A DNA stretch of 63,972 nucleotides, the filler included, from Octopus bimaculoides (lineage: Eukaryota), in assembly GCF_001194135.2 (NCBI RefSeq). It is 6 parts of 6 records of this genome, joined end to end, with 100 filler letters (N's around TTAATTAATTAA, not from the genome) between each part and the next. Parts side by side here need not be neighbours in the genome. Positions count along the whole stretch, not along the records: positions 40,628 to 56,483 come from NC_069003.1; positions 56,584 to 60,003 come from NC_068991.1; positions 60,104 to 62,602 come from NC_068993.1; positions 62,703 to 63,972 come from NC_068990.1; 2 more parts are not named here. The stretch is one strand, 5' to 3'. Under the pieces are notes generated by a model. It was given only the letters and a program-made list of their open reading frames with translations. It was not told the origin of the DNA and made no database searches. This document shows positions 53,448-63,972 of this stretch, piece after piece (within the stretch, counting starts at the first letter, position 1; every line of letters starts with the position of its first letter). A program made the translations under genes and the position numbers.

Positions 53448-53689
53448 ACGTGGATGTTTGTTCTGCTAAATATAGCAATAACTTCCTTCCCACCTACCTA
53501 CATGCAAGTAAACAAAAGAAAAAAAAAAGAGAGAAAGGAACAAAGATAGACAAAGAAATAAAAGAGAGAGAAAGAAAGAAGTATAGATAGAAAGGTAGAT
53601 AGACAGAAAGGTAGAAAGACAGTCAGAAAGAGAGAAAGACAAAATAGATAGATAGACAGAAAGACAGACAAGCAACTATGAGAAATATA

Positions 53690-54118
53690 CTAGGTGCATT
53701 CCAGAAGTTTTGAGACTTTTTCAGGAGAGACGTTTATTAATTTCAAAAAACGTACAGAAATAATTTCTTTCCATGTACGATCCTCCGACTTCAATGCCTT
53801 CGTAGCGCTCCAGCAACGTCATGAAGTTCCCATGGCAATCCTCTAAAATGGGGACCCTTGACACAGCCTCCTTCAGCTTGGAAAGCAGAAGGTCACAGGG
53901 AGCAAGGTCTGGATTGTGGGGAGAGTGAGGCACAATTTTGGATACTTTCTCTGTCAAGGAGTTCATTACCAGAGTGGAATTGTGGGAACTGCTGCTGCGT
54001 TGTCCTGCTGCAAGTACTCTGGTTTCTGTACAAAATCTCTTCCCAGATTCCCTTAAAACCTCCACAATGTACTCTTTGCTGACAGTTTGGCCAGTGGGGA
54101 ACCCAGTGGCTGTAAATG
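53690..54118 (-). mobile_element. Mariner transposase C-terminal remnant with terminal repeat
   Basis: HSPHNPDLAPCDLLLSKLKEA corresponds to the mariner YSPDLAPxDF motif. The end reads tactaggtgcattccagaagttttgagact (mariner-like TIR). Confidence 0.8.
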
Positions 54119-54124
54119 ATGCCC

Positions 54125-54500
54125 TTCATCATCGTTTAACGTCCGCTTTCCATGCTAGCATGGGTTGGACGATTTGACTGAGGACTGGTGAAACCGGATG
54201 GCAACACCAGGCTCCAATCTAAATTTGGCAGAGTTTCTACAGCTGGACGCCCTTCCTAACGCCAACCACTCAGAGAGTGTAGTAGGTGCTTTTACGTGTC
54301 ACCTGCACAAAGGCCAGTCAGGCGATACTGGCAACGGCCACGCTCGAAATGGTGTCTTTTATGTGCCACCCACACAAGCCAGTCCAGGGGCACTGGCAAC
54401 GATCTCGCTTGAAAATCCTACGAAGGCCAGTCAGGCGGTACTGGCAACGGCCACGCTCAAAATGGTGCATCTTATGTGCCACCCGCACAAGAGCCAGTCC
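54125..54500 (-). mobile_element. RTE-type 3' tail element with internal direct repeats
   Basis: catcatcgtttaacgtccgctttccatgctagcatgggttggacg tail. Homologs lie at about 50567-50900, 50935-51082, 51230-51362, 55518-55690 and 59018-59220. Confidence 0.7.
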
Positions 54501-54559
54501 TTTACGGTTGAAAACAAGGGAGCGTTTCATAAGTGTCTGTAACATTTTTGCCTAGTTTA

Positions 54560-55030
54560 AAACGGGAAGGATGAGAGGCAATCTTGATACTCATCTCTGT
54601 TGGTTATCAGGATGGAATTGTGGGGACTGCTGCATTGTCCTGATGCAGAGGCACCGGTTTTTATAACAAAATCTCTTCCTGAATTCCTTTAAAACTTCCA
54701 CAATGTACTCTTTGTTGACTGTTTGGCCAGAAGGAATCCACTGGATGTATATTATGCCCCTGCTGTAGAAAAAGGGATTAATCATAAGCTTCCCAATGGA
54801 TTTGCTTGGCCTCTTATGCCAGCACAAACCAGATGCCCAGATAATACAAATTAACCCATAAGCAATCTGGAGCATATAAGTTTCTGTAGCATTTCTTCCC
54901 AGTTTAACACAAAATTTATGGCATAACGAGCTTTCAAATTATCTTTACATTCCAACAACTGCATTCCGCAAGGTAGTCAGCTGACGAGCAGTGTTTAGCA
55001 GGGTGTGTTCAAAGAATTGTTATGGCTGTC
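54560..55030 (-). mobile_element. Second mariner transposase remnant
   Basis: FFYSRGIIYIQWIPSGQTVNKEYIVEVLKEFRKR matches the mariner DDD-domain segment and overlaps in homology with 54030-54115. Confidence 0.75.
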
Positions 55031-55215
55031 TCCTTCAATCTCAAATAACAACAGTTGGCAGGTCAGCTTATTAGATCTATAATAATGATATACTAAAATT
55101 AGAATATCCTAAGACAGTTATAACTGCCTCTCTGAAAAAAAAAAAAGTCCTAAAACTCCTGGAATGAAACTTGTAATTCTTTATGCAGGCGTACTTATTA
55201 TGTGTTGAAACTTAA

Positions 55216-55436
55216 CCCCTTTCATTACCAACCCACATGAAAGCAGCTCTGGCTCTGTAGTACAAATATCTTGTTTCCATAAGTTTTGAATTTATATATT
55301 CCACTAAACCTTAGTCACAATTTATGTTACTAATGCTAGCTTAATGATAACTAAGTTATTTTACTAAATTTTTTGTCATATTTAAAATTAATTGAAAGAA
55401 ACAGAGCATCTCAAAATAAATATGGTAATGAAAGGG
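55216..55436. mobile_element. piggyBac-type MITE
   Basis: TTAA at 55212-55215 and 55437-55440 flanks 14-bp TIRs ccctttcattacca / tggtaatgaaaggg. Confidence 0.85.
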
Positions 55437-55736
55437 TTAAACAATTGCCGTATGGAAGACAGAAGTATGGAATACAGAAATGCAAAAAAGACCATTAACT
55501 TCATATAAAAAATTTACTGTTTGTTACATCATCATCATGATCCTCATTATCCTTCAATGTCTGTTTTCCATGCTGGCATGGGTTGGGCAGTTTGAGATGG
55601 AGCTGACCAGCTGGGAGCTGTTCAGACGCCATGTCTGTTTTGGCATGGTTTCTATGGCTAGATGAGCCTCCTGGTGCTAACCACTTTACAGAATGTGTGC
55701 ACGCGTGTGTGTGTTTGTTTTTTGCCTGTGTGCACG

Positions 55737-55784
<48 letters not shown>

Positions 55785-55952
55785 TGTGTGTGAGTGTGTT
55801 TGTATTTGTGTGTGTGTACCACATTTAAAACAAGTACTACCAAGAATCTCTTTACCTAACAACATTCCAAGGGGTGGGGAAGCCACAGTGCTCCAGCTTG
55901 ACCATGACCTGATGAGTGAAACAGATCAAAGAATAAAAGAGTAACCACTTAC

Positions 55953-56081
55953 TACAGTATCTATATTAATGAGTATTCTCCTGACATCGTATGTAAACCA
56001 GAAGGGGAAGAAGCAGAGGGCTGACCAGCGAGCTAGCATCACTAATAATCTCATATGGTGCATACCAGTATCTTTTAAACA
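55953..56081 (-). CDS. SLC35E1: Internal coding exon of solute carrier family 35 member E1 (triose-phosphate/nucleotide-sugar transporter family), 43 codons
   Basis: Minus strand reads ttttgcag|TGT TTA AAA GAT ... GAT ACT GTA|gtaagt: 129 nt, phase 0-0. It translates to CLKDTGMHHMRLLVMLARWSALCFFPFWFTYDVRRILINIDTV, which resembles human SLC35E1 VLRDSRIHHLRLLNILG...FFMIPTWVLVD (recalled from memory). Confidence 0.85.
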
Positions 56082-56258
56082 CTGCAAAATATTAATAAAA
56101 ACAACAACAAAAAAATGATAATAATAATAATAATAATAAATTATTTTACTGGCCACAAGGGCTTACATAAAACAACATGAAGAGACAAAGACAGGTGAAG
56201 AAAAGAAAGATGGACGATGGTCACGTGTGAGCAATGAGAGACAGAAAAATAGAAAGGG

Positions 56259-56300
<42 letters not shown>

Positions 56301-56483
56301 TAGAAAATGGTGAAGGGGAGAAAATGGGAATTAGAGAAGGATGGGAAGAAAACAGTATAGAGTCGCATCAAACAAAATGGTTAAGATAAACTTACTTGGA
56401 AATGGATGCATGACGTTCAGTTAAATATAATATATATACATATACATGTATATATATAAACATACATACAATATACATGCATA

Positions 56484-56583
56484 NNNNNNNNNNNNNNNNN
56501 NNNNNNNNNNNNNNNNNNNNNNNNNNNTTAATTAATTAANNNNNNNNNNNNNNNNNNNNNNNNNNNNNNNNNNNNNNNNNNNN
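56484..56583. other. Artificial scaffold linker
   Basis: N44-TTAATTAATTAA-N44. Confidence 0.95.
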
Positions 56584-56927
56584 ATATATATATATATATA
56601 TATATAATGTATGCGCATCTCTTTGTATCTGTGTTTGTTACCCACTACTGCTTGAAAGTTGGTGTTAGTGTCTTCACATCCCAGTAATTTAGTGGTTTAG
56701 CAAAAAAGACTGATAGAATAAGTACCAGGCTTTAAAAAAAAAATGCAATAGTATTGGGGCCAATTTGACTAAAATTCTGCAAAGTGGTTCCCCAGCAGGG
56801 CTACAGTCTGATGAGTGAAATGAGAAAAAAATAAAAGATAGACGATATATATATATATATATATATAAAATAGAAAATTTCTCTTTGTAAATCCCTCAAT
56901 GAGAGACATTCAGTAACAATACTCTAG

Positions 56928-57127
56928 AGTAAAGATTATTTGCCAACATAACTTGGCAGTCAAATGTTATTGTCATTTAGTCATTTAGCCCCAGGAAACA
57001 TAGTCTCCAGCTGGCTATACGACTCTCTGTGTCCAGCTGAAGGTGATGTTTCCTTGGGCTAAATAACAGTTACATTCGACTGCCATGTTATGTTGGCAAA
57101 TAATCCTTACAAATAATCTTTACTCTC
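56928..57127. mobile_element. MITE-like foldback with about 70-bp inverted arms
   Basis: gagtaaagattatttgccaacataacttggcagtc...agccccaggaaacat pairs with atgtttccttgggct...gactgccatgttatgttggcaaataatc...tttactc. Confidence 0.7.
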
Positions 57128-57824
57128 TCTCTCTATATATATGTTGTGTCAGTTTCCTGGCAAATGTAAGAGCATTATTCAATGAAAGAGCAGATCCAGA
57201 GGGATAATAGTTATTAATGTCAAACTTGAAAGGAAGTATTGTTCTTGTTACTTACATAATGGAGTATTGTTGTTACTTAACTGGCATTCAACAAAAAGCT
57301 AAAGCTTAAGTTTATTTTTAACCATCGGGATAATCCTATCCAAAATAGATTTACTAATACAACCAAGGTTAGATTTAGTGGGTCAAACAAGTTTATTTGA
57401 AGGCTTAATGAGAAAGTCAACCTTGTGATTCCTCAAAAGTGATGATGTCTCCATATGTATCGTTCAGTTCTATCCTCAACACCATGTTTACAATATTGAT
57501 CATTAATCTTCTTCAATACAGCTTTGTAAACCGTTTTATTATTCTCATTAAGTTCCTTAGTTGCAAAGTCATTTTAGATATTTGCAGAAAGATGTCTTGT
57601 CAGAGAAAAGATGGCTGTTGTTACACATCTGTATTGATGTTTCAAGCTTGTGTTCATAATGATTTCTTCTCATTTGATGTGTATTGCTGCACCACTGTGT
57701 ATGCCTGTTTGTGTAATCCACATTATTGCATCAACCAGTTGCTGAATTTTTCTAACAGTTGTAAAGACTTGTTGAAGAATATATTTTTGCTTCATTAATT
57801 ATATCTATAGTTATGTTTTTATCT

Positions 57825-58165
57825 TTTACTTGTTTCAGTCATTGACTGTGGCCATGTTGGAGTACCACCTTAAGGAATGTTAGTCAAACTTTTATATTTT
57901 AAGGCTGGTGGTTATTCTATTGGTCTCATTTGTTGAACCACTAAACTTCTTGGTTGCAAACAAACCAACAACAGTTATCAGGTGGTAGTGGTGAGCCACA
58001 CACACACACACACACACATATATGATGGGCTTCTTTCAGTTTCTGTCTACCAACTCTACTCACAAGGCTTTGATCAGCCTGAAGCTGTAGTAGACGACAC
58101 TCATCCATGCAATGGGACTGAACCCAGAATCATGTGATTGGGAAGCAAACATTTTACCATGCAGC
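57825..58165 (-). mobile_element. Diverged family A SINE
   Basis: cttttacttgtttcagtcattgactgtggccatg ... gggactgaacccagaatcatgtgattggg. Confidence 0.75.
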
Positions 58166-58230
58166 CATGACTGCTTATTCATTATATTTATGGTTATGTT
58201 TCCCTGTGAATGATATAAATGATATAATGC

Positions 58231-58263
<33 letters not shown>

Positions 58264-58619
58264 TTGTCAATCTTATGTCTTTTCTTTACATGCTTGAGCT
58301 ACACAGTTCTTGTAACCAACTGTTATTCTGTGGAGTTATTTTTACCCTGATTAGAAGTCAGATTTTTAGAGATTTGGACCTTCTGAGCATTAATCTGTAC
58401 ACGAGTATGTGACATTGATAAGCTGCACCTACAATAAAATATGGTATCTGTTTTTCTTGTGGTCGCTTGTGGAGTGATTTCTTTCTCTCTTAGCTCTGAA
58501 GTATATTGCATTTAACATTGTATGTTTTAAAGGTATTTTTTCTGTGCATAAACTTCGGCATTTCTGACACTTAGGGAATACACATGTGTTAAGGATGTTG
58601 ATTTGATAATGTTTTTATA

Positions 58620-58995
58620 TGTGGCAAGAGGTTTACCTCCCAGCCACATGGTTCTGAGTTCAGTTTCATTGTGTGACACCTTGTGCAAGTGTCTTCTACT
58701 ATAGTCTCAGGCCTTGTGAGTTGACTTTGTAGATGAAAGCTGGAAGAATCCTGTCATATATATGTGTGTTTGTGTGTGTGTTGTGTTCCTCCCCTACTGC
58801 TTGACAACTGGTGTTGGTGTGTTTATGTCCCTGTGACATAGTGGTTTGGAAAAAGAGACTGATAGAACAAGTACCAGGCTGAAAAAAAACAAAAAAACAA
58901 GTACTGGGTGTCAATTTATTTGACTAAAAATTCTTGAAGATAGTAACCCCAGAATGGCTGCAGTCTAATAACTGAAACAAGTAAAAGATAAAAGA
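58620..58995 (+). mobile_element. Family A SINE
   Basis: ccacatggttctgagttcag ... actgaaacaagtaaaaga, colinear with other copies. Confidence 0.75.
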
Positions 58996-59017
58996 TTTAT
59001 GTGTGTGCATTATATAT

Positions 59018-59935
59018 ATCATCATCATCATTTTTATCATTTTGCATCCGTTGTCCATGCTGGCATGGATTGGATGGTTTGACAAGGGCTGGTAAGCTGG
59101 AAGGCTGCACTAGACCCCAATCTGATTTAGCATGGTTTCTATGGCTGGATGCCCTTCTTAATGTCAACCATTCAGAGTGTACTGGGTGCTTTTATGTGCC
59201 ATTTGCGTGACACCGGTATCTGCTATGACTGTGATTTTACTCGGCTTGATGGGTCTTCTTCTCAAGCATGACATAATGCCAAAGGTCTCAGTCATTGCCT
59301 CCCTGAGGCCCAACACTCGAAAGGAGCTTTTCACGTGCCACCGGCATTAACCACTTTGCCTCAAAAGGTGCTTCTTATGTGCCACTAGCTTGGGTGCCAG
59401 TTATGTGACACCAGCATCAGCCACAACTATGATTCCGCTTGGCTTGATGGGTCTTCTCAAGCAAAGCAAATTGCCAAAGGTCTTGGTTACTAGTCATTGC
59501 CTCTGTGAGGCCCAAAATTTGAAGATCATGCTTCACCACTTCATCCCATGTCTTCCTGGATCTATCTCTACCACAGGTTCCCTCTACAGTTAGAGATCAG
59601 CACTTCTTTACACAGCTGTCCTTGTCCATATGCATCACATGACTATACCAGCGTAGTTGTCTCTCTTGTTCACCACATCTGATGTTTCTTATGCCCAACT
59701 TTTCTCTCAAGATGCTTACACTGATGTTGCACATCCAGTGAAGCTTACTGGCTTCATTTCTTTCGAGCCTACACATGTCCTCAGCTGTCACAGGCCATGT
59801 TTCACAGCCATGTAGCATAGCTGTTTGCATACAAGCATCATACAATCTGCCTTTCACTCTGAGGAAGAGGCCTTTTGTTGCCAGCAGAGGTAGGAGCTCT
59901 CTGGACTTTGTGCAGCCTATTGTTATTCTCACAGC
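59018..59935 (-). mobile_element. RTE-clade LINE, 3' end of RT ORF plus 3' UTR ending in (GAT)n
   Basis: RELLPLLATKGLFLRVKGRLYDACMQTAMLHGCETWPVTAEDMCRLERNEAS...ERQLRWYSHVMHMD is a typical RTE C-terminal region. Confidence 0.85.
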
Positions 59936-59945
59936 TTTTCTAATA

Positions 59946-59988
<43 letters not shown>

Positions 59989-60003
59989 ATATATATATAT
60001 ATA

Positions 60004-60103
60004 NNNNNNNNNNNNNNNNNNNNNNNNNNNNNNNNNNNNNNNNNNNNTTAATTAATTAANNNNNNNNNNNNNNNNNNNNNNNNNNNNNNNNNNNNNNNNN
60101 NNN
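60004..60103. other. Artificial scaffold linker
   Basis: N44-TTAATTAATTAA-N44. Confidence 0.95.
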
Positions 60104-60147
<44 letters not shown>

Positions 60148-62602
60148 TACTCTTTCTTTGTAAACTGTGCGAAAATGTGCACATATAAATATTCATTTCT
60201 TCGAAATTTGTAATATGCTGTAGCTGAGATAGTATTCACGCGTTTTGTGAATTCCTTATATGTACCCTAACGAGTTACTTTACTTAAATATGATATCTGT
60301 TGAGATATTCACTCGCACAAATACTTTCAACACAAGTGAAATGGAAAAGGGAAAAAAATATTAAATTCTCATTAATATATTAGAAAATTCTTAGTGATAT
60401 ATCTGGCCGATATTATTTGTTCAAAGTACTACTGCAACTGGCCAGACATAAACAAATATGTGTAGAGTTTTGACTATGCAAATTTCAATCTAATACATTT
60501 TCTCAACAGCATCAGCAAACAATGCAGCAGCACGGAAGCAAAAGCAAGAACAAGATCAATAATATTAACGAAAAGCTAAGATGCCTCTATGTCGTTGCTA
60601 CACCAGCTAGAAGTAGAAGCAAAATTTCCCTCAAATTACATTCTTGCCTCTTAAAACAATTAATTTAACACAACCTACAAATGTTATCCATAAAGCTGTG
60701 ATGGTTTCAGGAAGAATATTTTCGTTCATAAGTTTTCTCTGTAATAACTGATTTGGCACAAGGCAATACCACACTCCCCTCCACCTATACTTTAGGCATA
60801 ATGACATTCCTACCCTCAATATTTGACTGGTACTCTATTTTGTCAACCCCGATGCAAGATAAGTACGACATTGCTATGATTCCGTAAGGCGTTTATAGAC
60901 CAATGCTCTAACAATTCTGCCCGACCGAAATTCAGTTCTATGATGCTAAACGTATGAAGAGTAGACGTAATAGTAATTAGGAAATAATTATTATTAAAAT
61001 AATCACACATTTTAAGGGAAGACTCCGAAAGCTCACGGTAGCAAAACGACGTGAAATTGTTCGCTTTGCAACCACGTCTGTATGTGTGTTTGTTTGTCAC
61101 ACAGACAACACTTAACACCCTGATTTGATTTCTTGACGACTCTGTAACTTTGTAGTTTGGAAAAGAAATTAACAGAATAAGTACCAGGCATATAAATAAA
61201 TACCAAGAACGATTTGTTTGACTAAAAACTTCGAGGTGGTGCACCAGCATGGCCGCGGTTCAGTGACTGAAGCAAGGAAAAGATAAATGATGAAAATAAA
61301 TTGGTATTCACTTTTTAAAAGAATGACATTCACATCGTTAGTTTACGAATGTTTTAATACGTGTTGGCTAAAAGAAGCCATTACTTTGAGCAGCCCTAGT
61401 ATTACGTTTTTATTGTCGTTCATGTTAATGTGTAACTTTAGAGCTGCCCAAATCAAATCGACTGTTATCCAGACCAGTAAATAATCCACTAATGCATATA
61501 TCCTAAAACGTAATGAGTTAAATGGGTTAGCTTATCAGAAGTTTGAAAAAGTCCATGATATTTGGTATAAAGCATTTCGTTAATATTGAAATATAAACTA
61601 GTATAAACTTTAGTATCTTATTTCAAATTACGTCTGAATTACTGGGTGGTAGTAAATAATCATTGCTTTCTGGTATCGAATTATGAACTCGTTGTTAAAT
61701 ATAGTTATAAGATTTATTGTTTCTGAAAATCATTAATTTTATTTAATTAAGCAAAGCAATAAGCAACCGATGGAAATCTCATCAGACATCATACAGCATA
61801 CACTGTAATTATTATACGCTGTTTTTTAGCAACTAAACTATAGATGCAGATATGTGCAGATCTATGAATATAAATGAGTTTGCATCTAGATTGCCAAACT
61901 TATGACATTAAATAGATTAGAAATAAACCATTGTCTATCATTGATGAGGCAGTTATATCTACTTAGGAAGATTTCTATTAGATCGTTTGCTGTTCTATTC
62001 TGAGCAACCACAGGAACAGTAGCACGTAATATTAAGTACATATTCTGCTATTGGTATCGATTACTACATTGTGCTGGACAATACTCCATAAACTGATAAT
62101 GGAGTGTACAGTCACTTTTATGGAACTCAGAAGCGTAGGAACCCCTTGGTAAGATTTGAATTTAGAACACGAAGAAACAGGCATGATTGTGCGATGAAGA
62201 AACTCGATTTGCATCTACGTGGTCTCGGGATAAGCCCCATAAGATGTTACATTGTACAAGTATCTTCCACTATAACACCGCGCCGACCACCCCTCCCCCC
62301 ATTGTGAGTGAATTTACTTGACAGAAACTATAGGGAAACCTGTCGTTCACACACACACACACACACACACAAACTCTTTCTCTCACACACACATATCATA
62401 GAGGTAAGTACACTGACAAGTACCGCTGACTATTCACAGGAAGTTGATTATATGGCTGGTCCTAGAGTGACCAATGGTTTTGCATCCATATAGCACTTAG
62501 CCTTATAGGTGACTTGTCAGAATCCAATGACTACGGACGTATAACGTCTTTTCAAACTGAAGATAGAAAACCGTCATATATATATATATATATATATATA
62601 TA

Positions 62603-62702
62603 NNNNNNNNNNNNNNNNNNNNNNNNNNNNNNNNNNNNNNNNNNNNTTAATTAATTAANNNNNNNNNNNNNNNNNNNNNNNNNNNNNNNNNNNNNNNNNN
62701 NN
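62603..62702. other. Artificial scaffold linker
   Basis: N44-TTAATTAATTAA-N44. Confidence 0.95.
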
Positions 62703-62784
62703 ATCTTTTTCTCTTAGCTTTCTTAACAAAAATTAGTTCTTAATAAGTTATTTCATGTTAAAGTTGTCGTATTTGTGTAATTTC

Positions 62785-63334
62785 AACCAATCACTGACGT
62801 CTATTGAGGTGAAAACAATTACTGCCGTAGAATGTAAACAACATATTCTAACGGTGTCATGAGATCTTTTCCCTTGAATAAAATTAGTGACGTTGTTTGT
62901 CAACAACAACTATCGGCGGTAGTTATTTATAACATCGTTCGTGCGTTTGGGTTAGGGTTCGGGTTTTAGAGTTAGGGTTAGGGTTTTAGGGTTAGAGTTG
63001 GGGTTAGGGTTAGGGTTATGGTTATGAGTTATAGGGTTTTAGGGTTAGGGTTAGGATTATGAGTGAGGTTATGGCAAAAATAATCATAACCCTTACAGTA
63101 ACCCTAAAACTAACTTTAACTCTAAAACCAGAACCCTAATCCTAAAACCCTAAAGCTAAAACCAGTACAAACGCACGTACGATGTTATAAATAACAGTAC
63201 CGCCGATAGTTGTTGTTGACAAACAACGGCACTAATTTCATCCAAAGGAAAAGATCCCATAACACCGTTAGAATATGTTGTTTACATTCTACGGCAGTAA
63301 TTGTTTTCACCTCAATAGACGTCAGTGATTGGTT
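62785..63334. mobile_element. 550-bp palindromic element with about 165-bp inverted arms enclosing inverted telomere-like arrays
   Basis: Arms 62785-62949 and 63168-63334 are highly similar reverse complements. Degenerate (GGGTTA)n spans about 62950-63060 and (TAACCC)n about 63085-63163. Left-end homology also occurs at 41-160. Confidence 0.75.
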
Positions 63335-63777
63335 TCTGTTCTATAACACAAAATATACAAGTATACGAAGTTTGAAAGTGTTTCGGTACCAAAAACACTA
63401 CATAAAACATAAATGAAAAGTGTTGCCCGTCGAATCAGAAAGATCCGTCAAGTGACTATAGGGAATAAACGCAAAGACATATACGCACACACATATAGTA
63501 GTAGTAGTAGCGATTCGATCTCACGTTAAACTCTCCGCAAAGTGCACAGCTAACCAGAATGACTATGGTTGAGGTTAGGATGAACCTTGGCATCGTTCTG
63601 AAAATCCGGGTGATACAATGGTGGAGAAAATGTATATGTAATTAGAACAGATAAGAAAAGTGAAGTGGGAGAGAGAGTAAAAGTTTATTCCATTTGTCCA
63701 TTCATTTACAGGTGTTTCATATTCTTAACTATATAATAGCTATTACATCAACATTCACACACATATAAAGTACATGC

Positions 63778-63814
<37 letters not shown>

Positions 63815-63820
63815 TATATA

Positions 63821-63972
63821 CTCTTTTACTTGTTTCAGTCATTTGACTGTGGCCATGCTGGAGAACCACCTTTAGTCGAGCAAATCGACCCCAGGACTTA
63901 TTCTTTGTAAGCCTAGTACTTATTCTATCGGTCTCTTTTGCTGAACCGCTAGGTTATGGTGACGTAAACAAA
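63821..63972 (-). mobile_element. Family A SINE 3' end (cut by window edge)
   Basis: Near-consensus tail. Further partial copies lie at about 19290-19530, 21410-21600, 29220-29400, 38660-38815, 50403-50562, 51130-51230, 56610-56840 and 61080-61285. Confidence 0.8.

Noticed and set aside
55903-55925. CTGATGAGTGAAA hammerhead-like words (also near 56808)
   Set aside because: There is no room for helix II. These are mutated versions of the family A SINE tail gtcaaatgactgaaacaag.
57439-58511. Possible additional SLC35E1 exons
   Set aside because: No frame resembles SLC35E1, and the region lies beyond a scaffold linker.

Overview
AT-rich, microsatellite-saturated eukaryotic DNA. The SINE/LINE families and repeat density suggest a coleoid cephalopod, most likely Octopus (inference). 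The window is not one contiguous locus. Five 100-bp artificial linkers (N44-TTAATTAATTAA-N44) split it into six scaffolds: 1-16395, 16496-40527, 40628-56483, 56584-60003, 60104-62602 and 62703-63972. The only recognisable host gene is SLC35E1, seen as two minus-strand exons with clean splice sites (55953-56081 and 51593-51838). The rest is tRNA-derived SINEs, fragments of RTE, R4/Dong, Tx1/L1 and CR1-group LINEs, mariner remnants, MITEs, a 23-bp minisatellite and simple repeats. Nearly all ORFs in the supplied track are microsatellite or N-gap artefacts. The most interesting signal is a set of minimal type I hammerhead-ribozyme folds (47750-47792 and 39976-40020, plus a degenerate one at 38507-38541). 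The first two sit in about 330-360 bp partially tandem units resembling retrozymes or Penelope terminal repeats, and share the same non-canonical core (CUGAUGA-C-helix II-A-GAAA) despite different, compensatorily paired stems. Also notable are a 550-bp palindrome enclosing head-to-head TTAGGG/CCCTAA arrays and several long hairpins 3' of the SLC35E1 exons.
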